From an uncultured Campylobacteraceae bacterium (GTDB lineage: Bacteria > Campylobacterota > Campylobacteria > Campylobacterales > Arcobacteraceae), in NCBI GenBank assembly GCA_913057765.1, contig CAJXPH010000001.1, positions 1 to 58,149 of the forward strand: 58,149 bases of DNA, in the 5' to 3' direction. Of this stretch, positions 58,112 to 58,149 are shown in pieces. The notes beneath the pieces are model-generated. The model saw only the letters and a list, made by a program, of their open reading frames with translations. It did no database searches and was not told where the DNA came from. The translations under genes were made by a program, and so were the position numbers. Position 1 is the first letter of the stretch; each line of letters begins with the position of its first letter.

Positions 58112-58149
58112 CTGTCTCTTATACACATCTGACGCTGCCGACGAAGAGG
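58112..58149 (-). other. Illumina Nextera i5-side adapter remnant (sequencing artefact)
   Basis: CTGTCTCTTATACACATCT-GACGCTGCCGACGA plus partial index AGAGG. Confidence 0.98.

Overview
AT-rich chromosomal contig, most likely from an Arcobacteraceae (Campylobacterota) bacterium (inferred from gene content and protein styles). Both ends carry untrimmed Illumina Nextera adapter. About 0.1-44.7 kb is dominated by nitrogen scavenging. (i) A nitrate assimilation cluster has a NarK-type transporter, a PP2C-Ser/Thr kinase fusion, two cytoplasmic Mo-bisPGD nitrate reductase-like subunits, a DmsB-DmsC-like fusion, and both NirA and NirBD. (ii) A GntR-linked catabolic operon combines an ectoine-type TRAP transporter, an EutA-like racemase, diaminopropionate ammonia-lyase, YgeY and an M24 hydrolase; its substrate is unknown. 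(iii) urtABCDE-ureD(AB)CEFG sits beside a three-protein signalling cluster. Between (ii) and (iii) lies a SauUSI-like PLD-helicase nuclease near DCTPP1-like and NDT-family nucleotide hydrolases. A palindrome TGTATA-N5-TATACA recurs at near-fixed spacing in four nitrate promoters and again upstream of urtA. The right part is housekeeping (tRNA-fMet, tRNA-Gln, ribB fusion, oadGAB-pckA, an S24 repressor, metG, fbp, mobB) and ends in small orphan membrane/lipoprotein genes. All family calls come from motif recognition by eye; no database searches were run.
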